Source: Geopsychrobacteraceae bacterium (lineage in GTDB: Bacteria > Desulfobacterota > Desulfuromonadia > Desulfuromonadales > Geopsychrobacteraceae). From it: 64,000 bases of DNA. The notes beneath the pieces were generated by a model. It did no database searches and was not told the DNA's origin. It saw only the letters and a program-made list of their open reading frames with translations. Shown in pieces: positions 37,722 to 48,404 of the stretch; position 1 is the stretch's first letter, and every line of letters starts with the position of its first letter. The position numbers were made by a program, and so were the translations under genes. The stretch is from positions 3,648,001-3,712,000 of the forward strand of contig OY759353.1 in assembly GCA_963662315.1 (NCBI GenBank), in the 5' to 3' direction.

Positions 37722-38627
37722 ATGATTCAATTCATTCCAGTGTTTATCAATGTTGTTATGCCAGTATTTGCCATTGTTCTGTTGGGGATGACCTTTGGTA
37801 AAAAGCTCGATCTTCAGGCTAAAACTCTTAGCCGGGCAGCATACTATATTTTCGTTCCGGCTTTTGTTTTTCGAGCGATCAGCACTGCCGATGTGCCGTT
37901 GAGCAGGGCTTTAATAATGATCACTTTTATTCTTGCGGCTCATGTTCTCGGGGTTATCGCGGCTGTTATTGTCGGTAAGATGCTTGGTAGTTCAAAAGAG
38001 ATGATTGCCGCCTTCGTAATGATTGCGGCGTTCGGTAATGTCGGCAATTTTGGTCTGGCTGCGATTCAGTTTCATCTGGGAGATGGGGCTCTTCCCTATG
38101 CCACCATCTTCTATGTAACGATATCCACCAGTGGTTTTGCCTTTTGCGTCGGGGCCGCGGGTTGGGCGCGTGGGGGGAGTAAAGGAGCTTTGTCCCAAGT
38201 GATAAAAACTCCTGCGATTCTGGCAACTATACCAGCGATTTTCGTTTCAGCTGGCGATGTCCAGGTTCCATTGATGCTGACGCGCATGATATCCCTGTTG
38301 GCCGGAGCCATGATTCCGGTTATGTTATTCGCTTTGGGTCTGCAGTTGCAGGAGCAGGGCAGGGTTCACCTCAACCGTGATGTCATTATTGGCTCGATTA
38401 TGCGGCTTGCTGTTGTACCATTGCTGGCGTTGCTGATATCCCCTCTGTTTTCTCTGAATTCGGTTCAGACGACCGCTGGTATATTGCAATCGGCCATGCC
38501 CGGGGCCGTTCTGGTTTCGATTATTGCCAAGGAAAATGATATCGTTCCGCATTTTGCAACCTCGGTGGTGATTGTTTCGACACTGGCAAGCCTTGTGACG
38601 CTGACTCTGTTTATGGTTCTGCTGTGA
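37722..38627 (+). CDS. AEC (auxin efflux carrier) family transporter
   Basis: Multiple TM helices, FGNVGNFG, IPVMLFALG, AMP. Confidence 0.88.
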   Translation: MIQFIPVFINVVMPVFAIVLLGMTFGKKLDLQAKTLSRAAYYIFVPAFVFRAISTADVPLSRALIMITFILAAHVLGVIAAVIVGKMLGSSKEMIAAFVMIAAFGNVGNFGLAAIQFHLGDGALPYATIFYVTISTSGFAFCVGAAGWARGGSKGALSQVIKTPAILATIPAIFVSAGDVQVPLMLTRMISLLAGAMIPVMLFALGLQLQEQGRVHLNRDVIIGSIMRLAVVPLLALLISPLFSLNSVQTTAGILQSAMPGAVLVSIIAKENDIVPHFATSVVIVSTLASLVTLTLFMVLL

Positions 38628-38774
38628 ACTACGAATCTCTTATTCCCCCCTTTTTTTTCTTTTTGCCGCTTACCCATAATTTCATCTAAAACTGGATCTG
38701 AAAAGATGAAATCATTGACATTGTTAGCGCGCTATGATAATCAGGCACAATCAAAAGAACGGAGACTATCAATT

Positions 38775-38858
38775 ATGATTTTCACTATGGCAACGGCAGC
38801 GCGAGCGATTTTAGCGGCGAATATTCGTCATAAGTCTGTCCATTGCCAGTTGTGGTAG
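38775..38858 (+). CDS. Ala-rich leader peptide (MIFTMATAARAILAANIRHKSVHCQLW)
   Basis: GGAG at 38761; 6 Ala codons within codons 6-15; overlaps alternative RNA stems. Confidence 0.7.
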   Translation: MIFTMATAARAILAANIRHKSVHCQLW

Positions 38859-38886
38859 AGCCGTACATTTATAGCATTCACGAATG

Positions 38887-38920
38887 AGGCCATGGACAGT
38901 AGAGTCCATGGCCTTTTTTT
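38887..38920 (+). terminator. Attenuator terminator upstream of the aminotransferase
   Basis: AGGCCATGGAC-agtaga-GTCCATGGCCT plus T-tract, about 25 nt before the ATG. Confidence 0.85.
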
Positions 38921-38943
38921 ATTTTTTGTCAAGGGGATAAGGA

Positions 38944-40248
38944 ATGCGCAACAACATAGTACACATTGGTGCCGGCGAGTTAACCTATGAAATTCGTGCG
39001 ATTGTTAATATCGCAGAAGAGTTACGTCGCCTGGGTATTAAAACCAACATGGAAAACATAGGTGACCCAGTTGCTAAAGGGGAAAAAATCCCGGACTGGA
39101 TTAAAGAAATTGTTGCCGATCTAGCCATGAAGGATTGTTCTTATGGCTACTGTGCTACCAAGGGGCTGCTCGAAACACGTCAGTTCCTGGCAGACCAGAC
39201 CAACAAGCGTGGTTTTGCTCAGATCTCTGCCGAAGATATCATGTTCTTTAACGGACTCGGTGACGCAATCCAGAAAGTTTACGGGCTTCTCAAACGCGAG
39301 GCACGGGTTATTGGACCTTCCCCGACCTATTCAACCCATTCCTCCGCAGAAGGTGCACATGCCGGGCAGAAACCGGTTACCTATCGCCTGGACCCTGACA
39401 ACCTGTGGTATCCAGATATGGATGACCTGCGCCAGTCGGTCAAGTACAACCCGGCGATCTCTGGCATATTGATTATTAATCCGGATAATCCGACGGGTGC
39501 TGTTTATCCAGAACGTATTCTTAGGGAAATCATCAGCCTGTGTAAAGAATACGATCTGTTCCTGATCTGCGACGAGATTTATCATAATCTCTGTTACAAC
39601 GGCACGGTGACCCGGCCTATCTCTGATTTGGTTGGAGATTTGCCGGCGATTTCACTAAAAGGGATCAGTAAAGAGGTCCCCTGGCCTGGAGCCCGTTGCG
39701 GTTGGATGGAAGTCTATAATGCCGATAAGGATGAAGTCTTCAAGCGTTACATTGAAAGTATTCTGAATTCAAAGATGGTCGAGGTTTGTTCTACAACGTT
39801 GCCGCAAAAAGCGATTCCGCGGATTCTTAGCCACCCGGAATATCCTAAATACCTCGCTGCCCGCAGCGATCGTTATGAGCGTTATTCAAACATCGCTTAT
39901 AAAATGTTGAATGCTGTGCCGGGCCTGAAGGTCAATCGCACTAATGGCTCGTTTTACATGGGAGTTGTGTTCGAACATGGGCGGTTGACCCATGAGCAAA
40001 CGTTACCGATTGAAAATGACCAGGTTCGCGAACTGGTTGAGCGTTTAATCAACAAGCCCGGAACTCAGACGGACAAGCGCTTCGTTTACTACTTGCTGGC
40101 ATCAACCGGTATCTGTGTTGTTCCCATGTCGTCTTTCTGTACCGACGAAAGAGGTTTCCGGATTACTCTGCTGGAGCAGGATGAACAAGAGTTTATTGCG
40201 ATTTTTGAGACCATTTCAGAGGCCATTACCGCCTATCTGAATTCCTGA
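38944..40248 (+). CDS. PLP-dependent class I aminotransferase, AlaA-like
   Basis: YEIR...NIGDP N-terminus like AlaA, INPDNPTG, DEIY, GISK...PGARCGW. Confidence 0.85.
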   Translation: MRNNIVHIGAGELTYEIRAIVNIAEELRRLGIKTNMENIGDPVAKGEKIPDWIKEIVADLAMKDCSYGYCATKGLLETRQFLADQTNKRGFAQISAEDIMFFNGLGDAIQKVYGLLKREARVIGPSPTYSTHSSAEGAHAGQKPVTYRLDPDNLWYPDMDDLRQSVKYNPAISGILIINPDNPTGAVYPERILREIISLCKEYDLFLICDEIYHNLCYNGTVTRPISDLVGDLPAISLKGISKEVPWPGARCGWMEVYNADKDEVFKRYIESILNSKMVEVCSTTLPQKAIPRILSHPEYPKYLAARSDRYERYSNIAYKMLNAVPGLKVNRTNGSFYMGVVFEHGRLTHEQTLPIENDQVRELVERLINKPGTQTDKRFVYYLLASTGICVVPMSSFCTDERGFRITLLEQDEQEFIAIFETISEAITAYLNS

Positions 40249-40270
40249 TGACAAAAGGGACTGACTGACC

Positions 40271-41653
40271 GTGCCAATACCGAATAATGCCGCGCAGCTT
40301 GCCGGCCATAAGCCGATCGCCAATGTGCAACAGCTGACTGAGTTTCTGCTCAGAGGGGCACGCCCCAAAGAGGATTGGGGGGTTGGTATTGAAAATGAGA
40401 AGCTCGTCCTCGATCGCTTCAGTGGCGAGGCTGCGAGCTATGAAAGAATCCGGGAACTGCTGGACCGACTCGACGGAATTGGTGGCTGGCAGGGAATTTA
40501 TGAGGGAGATAAACTGCTCGGATTGCAGGGGAAGCGTTCTTCAGTAACCCTTGAACCGGGTGGTCAGCTGGAGCTGTCGGGAAAATTCTGTTGTGACATC
40601 AACTGCAGCTGGCGCGACATTCACCGTTATCGCCAGCATATCCTGACCATGGGGCACGAACTGGATCTGATCTTTATCGGTCTGGGGGTTCAGCCGTTCA
40701 GCAGTCTTGAAAGTATTTCCTGGCTACCGAAGAAACGCTACGACATCATGGGACCCTATATGCTCAAAACCGGCGATATGGGGCAACGTATGATGAAACA
40801 GAGCGCTGGTACCCAGGTTAACCTCGATTTTTCCGATGAGCAGGATTGTGTGCGCAAGCTCAGGGTCAGTCAGTTGCTTAGCCCGGTCTGTTACGCGCTG
40901 TTTGCCAATTCCCCGCTGCTGAATGATCAGCCGAGTGGCTGGCTGTCAACTCGTGGCGAGGTCTGGTCGCGTACCGACAACGACCGTTGCGGCCTGATTA
41001 CCCAGCTGTTTAATTCCGGTAGCGGCCTGGCGGACTATGTTGATTACGCCTTGAATGTTCCCATGTATTTCATCCAGCGTGACGGAACCTATATTGACCT
41101 GACTCAAAGCAGGTTCACTTTCCGTCAGTATCTTGACAGTGGCTGGCAGTCGGAACAGCCAACCATGGCGGACTGGAACCTGCACCTGTCGACCCTGTTT
41201 CCTGAAGTTCGATTACGGCCGCAGCTTGAATTGCGCAGTGCCGATAGCTTGCCGCCCCGTTTTACCGCAGCTGTTGCCGCCTTCTATAAAGGATTGCTCT
41301 ATACTGACGAAGGCTTGGCCAAGGTCGAATCATTGCTGGGCGATCTCTCTGTTAGCGAAATATCGAAGCTTTACAAGGCGTCATGGAGAGACGGGCTGAA
41401 GGCCGTTGTCAAAGGGGGAACGCTCCTGGAAATTGCCTCCGAGCTGGTTGCCGCCGCCGCAGCAAGTCTGACTCAGCAGTTTGATCTGGGAGCCAGTGGT
41501 GCTGATGAAAGTCGCTTCCTCGACAGCCTGAAAGAAATACTCGACAGTGGAGAAACTCTGGCCGAGCAGCTTCTGAAACGCTGGGATGGGGATCGGAAGC
41601 ACAAGTTGCAGGTATTGCTCGATCATTGTGGCTATGCAGAGAACCATTTGTGA
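40271..41653 (+). CDS. gshA: Glutamate--cysteine ligase (GCS2/plant-type)
   Basis: GIENEK, TLEPGGQLELSG, PKKRY..M, QVNLD, HLSTLFPEVR, ELRSAD. Confidence 0.85.
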   Translation: MPIPNNAAQLAGHKPIANVQQLTEFLLRGARPKEDWGVGIENEKLVLDRFSGEAASYERIRELLDRLDGIGGWQGIYEGDKLLGLQGKRSSVTLEPGGQLELSGKFCCDINCSWRDIHRYRQHILTMGHELDLIFIGLGVQPFSSLESISWLPKKRYDIMGPYMLKTGDMGQRMMKQSAGTQVNLDFSDEQDCVRKLRVSQLLSPVCYALFANSPLLNDQPSGWLSTRGEVWSRTDNDRCGLITQLFNSGSGLADYVDYALNVPMYFIQRDGTYIDLTQSRFTFRQYLDSGWQSEQPTMADWNLHLSTLFPEVRLRPQLELRSADSLPPRFTAAVAAFYKGLLYTDEGLAKVESLLGDLSVSEISKLYKASWRDGLKAVVKGGTLLEIASELVAAAAASLTQQFDLGASGADESRFLDSLKEILDSGETLAEQLLKRWDGDRKHKLQVLLDHCGYAENHL

Positions 41654-42123
41654 GTACGCGTGAACTGTGCATACGCACAGTTCAGTAGTGTGTCTCCAGT
41701 GATGATATTATGCGTGATGCCACGTGTTTTTCATCGCTTCAGAAGGGTATAGTCACAACCATCAACAGTTTCGGTGTGGCAGTCGAAACGTTGAAACAGA
41801 AACATCATACCTCCTTTCCAGTTTGTGAGCCGACCATCGGGATAACCTCCCTCCGATGTCGGCTCTTTTTTTTCTCATCTGGATGACCAAAATCATGCCA
41901 AAAGGCCAGAACCGCAAATGCCGTTGGCATTGATAGCAGTGGAAGCCGGCAAAATGCAAAATAAAACAGTTGGTGGTGACAATGAAAAACTTGTCGAATG
42001 AACACACAACGGAAAAACAACCAGCGTAATTCTAAAATATGGAAAAAATGTACACTTTTCCTTGATTTTACAGGGTGATTCCTGTTTCAATATGCGCCTT
42101 AAAAACAGACAAAGGAGCAGTCA

Positions 42124-44115
42124 ATGCCATCACCAAAATTTTCCGATCCGATTATTCGCCAATCAATTGATACCATTCGTTTATTAGCAGCTGATGCCGT
42201 AGAACAAGCGAATTCCGGACACCCGGGTACGCCAATGGAGGCCGCCCCGATTGCATATCTGCTGTATATGAAGCATTTACGCCATAACCCGGCCAATCCT
42301 GAGTGGGCTGGGCGGGATCGTTTTATCCTCTCTTGTGGACACGCCTCTGCGCTTATTTATAGCATGCTTCACCTGACCGGTTACGACCTGTCCCTTGAAG
42401 ATGTGAAAAATTTCCGTCAATACGGCAGTAAAACTGCGGGCCACCCGGAATTTGGTCACACCCCGGGCGTTGAAACCACGACCGGTCCGTTAGGGCAGGG
42501 TGTTGCCGTGGCCGCCGGGATGGCCATGGGTGAGCAATTCCTCAATCAACAGGTTGACAGTGAGCTGTTCGATTATCGTACCTGGGTCATCTGTTCTGAC
42601 GGTGATTTGATGGAAGGGGTCTCTGCCGAGGCCGGCTCTTTGGCCGGGCATCTTAAGCTTGGTAAGCTCAACTATATCTACCTGGATAATAAGATTACCA
42701 TCGAGGGGGACACTTCTCTGGCCTTTACCGAGGATGTCGGTACTCGCTATCTGGCTTATGGCTGGCATGTAGAACGTGTTGAAGGTGAAAACCTTGCTGA
42801 AGTTGATGCAGCTATGGAGCGCGCCAAACTTGATCCGCGTCCGTCTCTGATTATTGCCCGTACCCACATTGGTCAGGGGGCACCCAATAAACAGGATACC
42901 GCTGCCGCCCACGGCGCTCCACTGGGGCCGGATGAGTTGGCTCTGACCAAGCAGGTTTACGGTCGTAACCCCGAGGACAAGTTTGTTGTCCCTGCTGAGG
43001 TCAAAGAACACATGACCAGTTGTGTCGCGGTTGGCACCGAGCTGGAAACTCAGTGGAATGCTTTGCTCGAGAGCAAAAAATCCAGCCCTGCAGTAGCGAC
43101 CTGGTTGGCTTCCTGTAACGGTCAGCTACCCGCTGGCTGGGATGCTGATCTGCCGGTCTTTACCGCCGCTGATGGTGCCAAGGCAACCCGTCAGAGCAGT
43201 GGCTCCATGATTAACTGCCTGGCTGCTAAGTTGCCGCTGCTGGTTGGCGGTTCTGCCGACCTCGCTCCGTCAAATAATACCACGATTAAAGCCGCCGGAT
43301 CCTGGCTGCCTGGGCAGAGTGACCGTAATATCCACTATGGTATTCGCGAGCATGCCATGGGTTCCATCATGAACGGCCTGTGCCATACTCCCGGCTTGAT
43401 TCCGTTTGGTGGTACGTTCTTTGTCTTTGCTGACTACATGCGTCCGGCGATTCGCCTGGCTGCGTTGATGGGACTTGGTGCTATTTACGTTATGACCCAC
43501 GACTCCATCGGTCTCGGTGAAGATGGTCCGACTCACCAACCGGTTGAACACCTGGCCTCCCTGCGTGCGATGCCGAATGTGACCGTTATCCGCCCTGCTG
43601 ATGCAAATGAAACCTGTGCCGCCTGGAAGAGTGCTATCAGTAATCGTCAGGGGCCTACGGTTCTGGTCCTTTCCCGTCAGGGGCTGCCGACCCTCGATCC
43701 GGCTGATTACCCAGCTGTTGTCGATGCGCAAAAGGGGGCTTATGTCCTGTCCGCAGAACAGGGTGACCTTCAGGTTATTCTTATTGCCAGTGGTTCAGAA
43801 GTTCAGCATGCTCTGGCCGCCCAGACTGAACTTGAAGCTGCTGGTATCGGTGCACGTGTTGTATCCATGCCGAGCTGGGAGCAGTTCGAAGCCCAGAGTG
43901 CGGAATATCGTGAACAAGTTCTTCCTGCGGTCTGCACCAAACGCGTGGCCATGGAAGCCGGCAGCTGCTTCGGTTGGGAGCGCTATGTTGGTGTTGACGG
44001 AACTGTGCTTGGGATGAACGAATTCGGTGCCAGCGCTCCGGCTGGCCAGCTGATGAAACATTTCGGCTTTACCGCTGAAAACTTTGTGACGGCCGCAAAG
44101 GCGTTGGTCAAATAA
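42124..44115 (+). CDS. tkt: Transketolase
   Basis: SGHPG, ETTTGPLGQG, DGDLMEG, GIREHAM, THDSIGLGEDGPTHQP. Confidence 0.98.
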   Translation: MPSPKFSDPIIRQSIDTIRLLAADAVEQANSGHPGTPMEAAPIAYLLYMKHLRHNPANPEWAGRDRFILSCGHASALIYSMLHLTGYDLSLEDVKNFRQYGSKTAGHPEFGHTPGVETTTGPLGQGVAVAAGMAMGEQFLNQQVDSELFDYRTWVICSDGDLMEGVSAEAGSLAGHLKLGKLNYIYLDNKITIEGDTSLAFTEDVGTRYLAYGWHVERVEGENLAEVDAAMERAKLDPRPSLIIARTHIGQGAPNKQDTAAAHGAPLGPDELALTKQVYGRNPEDKFVVPAEVKEHMTSCVAVGTELETQWNALLESKKSSPAVATWLASCNGQLPAGWDADLPVFTAADGAKATRQSSGSMINCLAAKLPLLVGGSADLAPSNNTTIKAAGSWLPGQSDRNIHYGIREHAMGSIMNGLCHTPGLIPFGGTFFVFADYMRPAIRLAALMGLGAIYVMTHDSIGLGEDGPTHQPVEHLASLRAMPNVTVIRPADANETCAAWKSAISNRQGPTVLVLSRQGLPTLDPADYPAVVDAQKGAYVLSAEQGDLQVILIASGSEVQHALAAQTELEAAGIGARVVSMPSWEQFEAQSAEYREQVLPAVCTKRVAMEAGSCFGWERYVGVDGTVLGMNEFGASAPAGQLMKHFGFTAENFVTAAKALVK

Positions 44116-44311
44116 GACCGCTAGCCCATTATTGCCGCTATGACAACAATGTAAAGGGTAGCTGAAAAGCTGCCCTTTACTCGTTTAAGGAACTCTGCTA
44201 TCAAAGATGTAGGTTTGTTTCAGTTTAATGCACGTTACGCACACGACTGGAATAGCTGAAAGAAAATGTAAAGCAGCACAGCATAGATTTACCACAACCC
44301 CGGAGGATACC

Positions 44312-44878
44312 ATGTTACGTTTTATGCTCGTTTTAATGTCAGTGTTATTGGCCACAAATGTTTATGCCGCTTCTGTTGATATCGGTTTTAATGACAACAG
44401 TTTTCAGCTGGTTTATGAAACTCCTATTTCAGACGACGAGTATGGCACCTCGCTGCTCAATGGCCGTTTTCTATATAATGGCGACGAAGATACAAAGCTG
44501 GGAAGTGTTGGATTTGACTTTGTTGGTGAACCGGGCAATATCTCCGGTCTGAAAGTCGGGGCAGGGGTCAAGGGGTATGCCGGTCGTACAGATCATGATG
44601 TTGATTTTGCTAATCTTGGGCTGGGTCTGAGGATCGATTACACTCTGGGCCAGTTACGGGGGCTGGGTTTCTCAGGTCGCCTCAATTACGCACCCAAGGT
44701 ATTTTCCTTTATTGACTCTGACCGGCTTTTTGAAACAGAGGCACGCATTACCTATGCGGTTATGCCCAAGGTAAAACTGTATATCGGTTATCAGAATGTG
44801 CGTCTGGATGTCGACGGGCGCTCCGGTTCGATGACCGTTGATGACAGCATCCGCATCGGCTTCGTCGGCACCTTCTGA
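44312..44878 (+). CDS. YfaZ-like outer-membrane beta-barrel protein
   Basis: GGAGG before ATG 44312, signal peptide, YAPKVFSF, YIGYQ, C-terminal Phe. Confidence 0.7.
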   Translation: MLRFMLVLMSVLLATNVYAASVDIGFNDNSFQLVYETPISDDEYGTSLLNGRFLYNGDEDTKLGSVGFDFVGEPGNISGLKVGAGVKGYAGRTDHDVDFANLGLGLRIDYTLGQLRGLGFSGRLNYAPKVFSFIDSDRLFETEARITYAVMPKVKLYIGYQNVRLDVDGRSGSMTVDDSIRIGFVGTF

Positions 44879-45564
44879 TCCCTCTGAAGCACATCAAGCT
44901 CATCCTTTCCCTCAAGTTCTTATTTCATGAAAGAGCTTGAGGGACCGCCATCACTTCAGAAAATATTATCCCTGAAAAACCGAATCGATCCGAATGCTAA
45001 TAGAAGAATACAGCAGAGTAGCAATAGTTTGTAAAATTCAGGGAAAATAAACAGAAAAGAGATTACGGTCAGTGTAACGATAATTTGAAGTACAGAGCGT
45101 GGTCCTGCGGTCTTGCTGAAAGCTCTCATTGGACTTCTCCACGAGATAAAGGTTCGCAGTCTGTCTGAACGTTATCACTTTTTGTTGGTGTTGCAAGGGG
45201 AGGAGAACAATTATTTGGGAGCTGTAAGAATCAATTGAAGTCGCAGTGAGTGTAGCATTCCGTTGCAGCATGTTGGCCATTAGAGGCACAGTCTTGTCGG
45301 GTCGTCTGTCGTCACAGGTGGTATCAGTTAGGGTCGTCCATTCCTGGTATCGTCAGATATTTTGGTCATATGGTGTTGTGAAAATTATCAAAACCAAAGT
45401 CGCAGGGTTTCGCCCCTCCAGGCGAGTTACCTTTTATCCAGGGCCATAAAAGGTAACCCATTTTAATATGTCCGTGTTCGTGCGCCGTTTCTTCAATGTG
45501 ACCACCAGCAACTTAGTCGCCGGCCGACGGCTCAATTCACGCCTGCTGGCCAGAACCGCATTAA

Positions 45565-46518
45565 TCAAATCGTTAAAAACACTGCCGTCGCAACTGCCAA
45601 TATAACCCGGTAGTAACCAAAAATAGCCAACCCATGGCGTTGCAGATAACTCAGCATCCATTTAATCGATGCGGCAGCCGCAAAAAAGGCCACAACCACA
45701 CCCAGCAATAACGCAACATGATCAAAGGTCTGCAGCATCAACTGGCCATGCTTCAGCGTATCGTAAGCCGTTGCTGCGCCAAGAGTGACAACCCCGAGCA
45801 GAAAACTGAACTCTACTGCCGCTTCAAGAGTCAAACCCACCAGGATTCCGCCAACAATGGTGACCAGACTGCGACTGACTCCCGGCCACATGGCAATACA
45901 CTGGGCAAAGCCGACAATCAGCGCCATCTGCCAGCGCATGTCATCAAGGATATATCCTGCCCTGCCTCCCTGGCGTTGTCTGTTGCGCCAGCTGACCAGC
46001 AGAATCGCCACCCCACCGACAAACCAGGCCATAACTACTGGCCAGGGACCAAACAGATAAGATTTAATCAGCTTGTTGAACAGCAGACCCAGCACCGCAG
46101 CAGGAATGAACCCTGCAATGATATTGATCAGCAAGCGTCGCCCGGCAATATCGCGACCGGAAAGGCCTCGAAACGCCTGTTTGACGCGGCCAAAATAAAG
46201 CCACAAAACGGCCAGAATGGCGCCAGCCTGAATACAGATGGTATAGGCATCAACAGCTTCCTTAATGCTTTCCTGCTGCTGAGGTGAAAAGGCCGGATCT
46301 TCTCCGATTCCCATGATCTTTTCGGCCAGTAATAAATGGCCGGTTGAGCTGACAGGCAGGTATTCTGTGAGCCCTTCGACAATACCAAGAACGATCGCCT
46401 GCCCAGTGGTCATAACAACGGGTTTCGTTTCAGATTGAACAGAGGTGCTGGCAAGGCAGGAGGAAACGCAACATGAAGCAAAAAGTACAATGGTGAGTAA
46501 TATTATTCGTTTAGGCAT
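45565..46518 (-). CDS. uppP: Undecaprenyl-diphosphate phosphatase
   Basis: GIVEGLTEYLPVSSTGHL, PGVSRS, FSFLL. Confidence 0.95.
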   Translation of the reverse strand: MPKRIILLTIVLFASCCVSSCLASTSVQSETKPVVMTTGQAIVLGIVEGLTEYLPVSSTGHLLLAEKIMGIGEDPAFSPQQQESIKEAVDAYTICIQAGAILAVLWLYFGRVKQAFRGLSGRDIAGRRLLINIIAGFIPAAVLGLLFNKLIKSYLFGPWPVVMAWFVGGVAILLVSWRNRQRQGGRAGYILDDMRWQMALIVGFAQCIAMWPGVSRSLVTIVGGILVGLTLEAAVEFSFLLGVVTLGAATAYDTLKHGQLMLQTFDHVALLLGVVVAFFAAAASIKWMLSYLQRHGLAIFGYYRVILAVATAVFLTI

Positions 46519-46707
46519 CTGGTTATCCCTTGGGGGTATTTTGATCTATGTTATTGCACAGGTTCTCATACCGCAGTTGTCTTGGTGCTGGCAAGAAAAT
46601 GATGCTTTTCGGTGGTGTTAAAAAAATTGGATTAAGACGCAAGGTCTGCAGATAATAAAAAAGGGCTCTCAAAAAAGAGCCCTTTTAAATGTTTCTTACC
46701 TAGCTGA

Positions 46708-48300
46708 TTAGACATCAAGATGCACAGCTTTGATAAAGCGTGCTTCAACCGCATCAAAAATTTTCTGCAATGTTGTTTCATCCACCGGCGAATCGACAGA
46801 AAAGACAACCATCGCTTCTCCTGCTTTTTCACGCCGACCGAGGCTCATGTTGCCGATGTTGATATTTGCTTCACCAAGGATGGTCCCGATTTTGCCGATC
46901 AGGCCCGGGCGATCCTGGTAATTAATGACCAGCATGTGTTCTTCCGGCTGGAAATCGGTGGTGAAGTTCCGCATTTTGACAATCTTTGGTGTCCCTTCAA
47001 ACAGGGTCCCGGCGATGGTCCGGCGGCCTTCAGGGCTTTCCATGGTCAGGGTGATCAGGCTGGAGAATGACTCGGTCTCAGTGGAGCGGATCGATTCGAC
47101 TTCAATTCCCATGTTGCGGGCGACCAGGCCGGCATTGACCATGTTAACGTCCTGATCAGAGCAGTGATTAAGCAGTGCAGAAAGGCCGCAGACGCTCAAC
47201 GGAGCACAATCAAAACGGGCAATTTTACCGTTGTAGGTAAAAGTGACCTTGTTTGGGTTGGGAGGAGCAAGTTGGGAGATAAAGTTGCCCAGAATGGAGA
47301 CCAGCTGCATAAACGGCTTCATGTGTTCCATCTGATCCGGATCAAAGCGCGGAATATTGACAGCCGCAGCCATTGGCTTCCCATCGATATAGTTAACGAT
47401 CTCCTGGCTGACATCGACCGCAACATTTTTTTGTGCTTCGAATGTGTTTGCTCCCAGGTGTGGTGTAACCAGCATGTTGGGATGAGCGATAAGTTTCTTC
47501 AGTACCTCGCTGTTTGGTGGCTCCTGGCTCCAAACATCGAAGGCTGCGCCAACGCATTTGCCGCTGTTAAGGGCATTGAGTGTTGCCTCTTCATTAAAAA
47601 TTCCGCCACGTGCACAGTTGACGATAATGACACCGTCTTTCATTCCCTCGAAATGTTCGGCGCGGATCATGTCGCGGGTTTCATCTGTCAACGGGGTATG
47701 TACGGTAATAATGTCTGAAAAGCGGATAATATCCTCAAGCGGAACCAGCTTGACACCAAAGTCTTCAGCGCGTTTTTCAGAGATGTAAGGGTCGTAGGTG
47801 ATCACTTCAGCTTCAAAGGCACGTACGCGTCTTGCAACCCGGCCACCAACTTTACCCAGGCCGATGATGCCGACGGTTTTTCCCTTCAATTCACGTCCGG
47901 TGAAAGGGGCGCGCTTCCATTCACCATTTTTCAGACTGGCATTGGCAATCGGTACATTGCGGCATAGTGACAGCAGAATAGCCATGGTATGCTCAGCGGC
48001 AGAGTTTACGTTACCGTACGGAGCATTAACAACGATAATTCCCCGCTTGCTGGCAGCGTCAACATCGACATTGTCAATGCCGACACCAGCCCGGGCAACA
48101 ATTTTTAGGTTATGGGCATGACTCAGCAGGTCATCATCAACACGGGTGCCACTGCGGGTGATGATTGCATCATAGGCACCGACGGCCTCGTGCAGTTCGG
48201 TAAGACTCAAGCCGAGCTTTTTATCAACCTGGACGCGAGGATCTTCAAGCAGGGGAAGAAGGCCATTATCGGAAACTTCGTCCGTAATTAAAACTTTCAT
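46708..48300 (-). CDS. serA: D-3-phosphoglycerate dehydrogenase with ACT domain
   Basis: RAGVGIDNVD, GLGKVG, NCARGG, TPHLGA, DRPGLIG. Confidence 0.96.
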   Translation of the reverse strand: MKVLITDEVSDNGLLPLLEDPRVQVDKKLGLSLTELHEAVGAYDAIITRSGTRVDDDLLSHAHNLKIVARAGVGIDNVDVDAASKRGIIVVNAPYGNVNSAAEHTMAILLSLCRNVPIANASLKNGEWKRAPFTGRELKGKTVGIIGLGKVGGRVARRVRAFEAEVITYDPYISEKRAEDFGVKLVPLEDIIRFSDIITVHTPLTDETRDMIRAEHFEGMKDGVIIVNCARGGIFNEEATLNALNSGKCVGAAFDVWSQEPPNSEVLKKLIAHPNMLVTPHLGANTFEAQKNVAVDVSQEIVNYIDGKPMAAAVNIPRFDPDQMEHMKPFMQLVSILGNFISQLAPPNPNKVTFTYNGKIARFDCAPLSVCGLSALLNHCSDQDVNMVNAGLVARNMGIEVESIRSTETESFSSLITLTMESPEGRRTIAGTLFEGTPKIVKMRNFTTDFQPEEHMLVINYQDRPGLIGKIGTILGEANINIGNMSLGRREKAGEAMVVFSVDSPVDETTLQKIFDAVEARFIKAVHLDV

Positions 48301-48404
48301 GCTGAACCTTTCTAAGATCTATCGAATATTTTAAGCGAAAAGGACAATAGGTAAGGGTCTGAAATAGTATGACCATCCGGGCCACTTGTCAATGACGTAA
48401 ATAG

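Noticed and set aside
45718..47718. Plus-strand ORFs of 100-190 aa
   Set aside because: Antisense to uppP and serA
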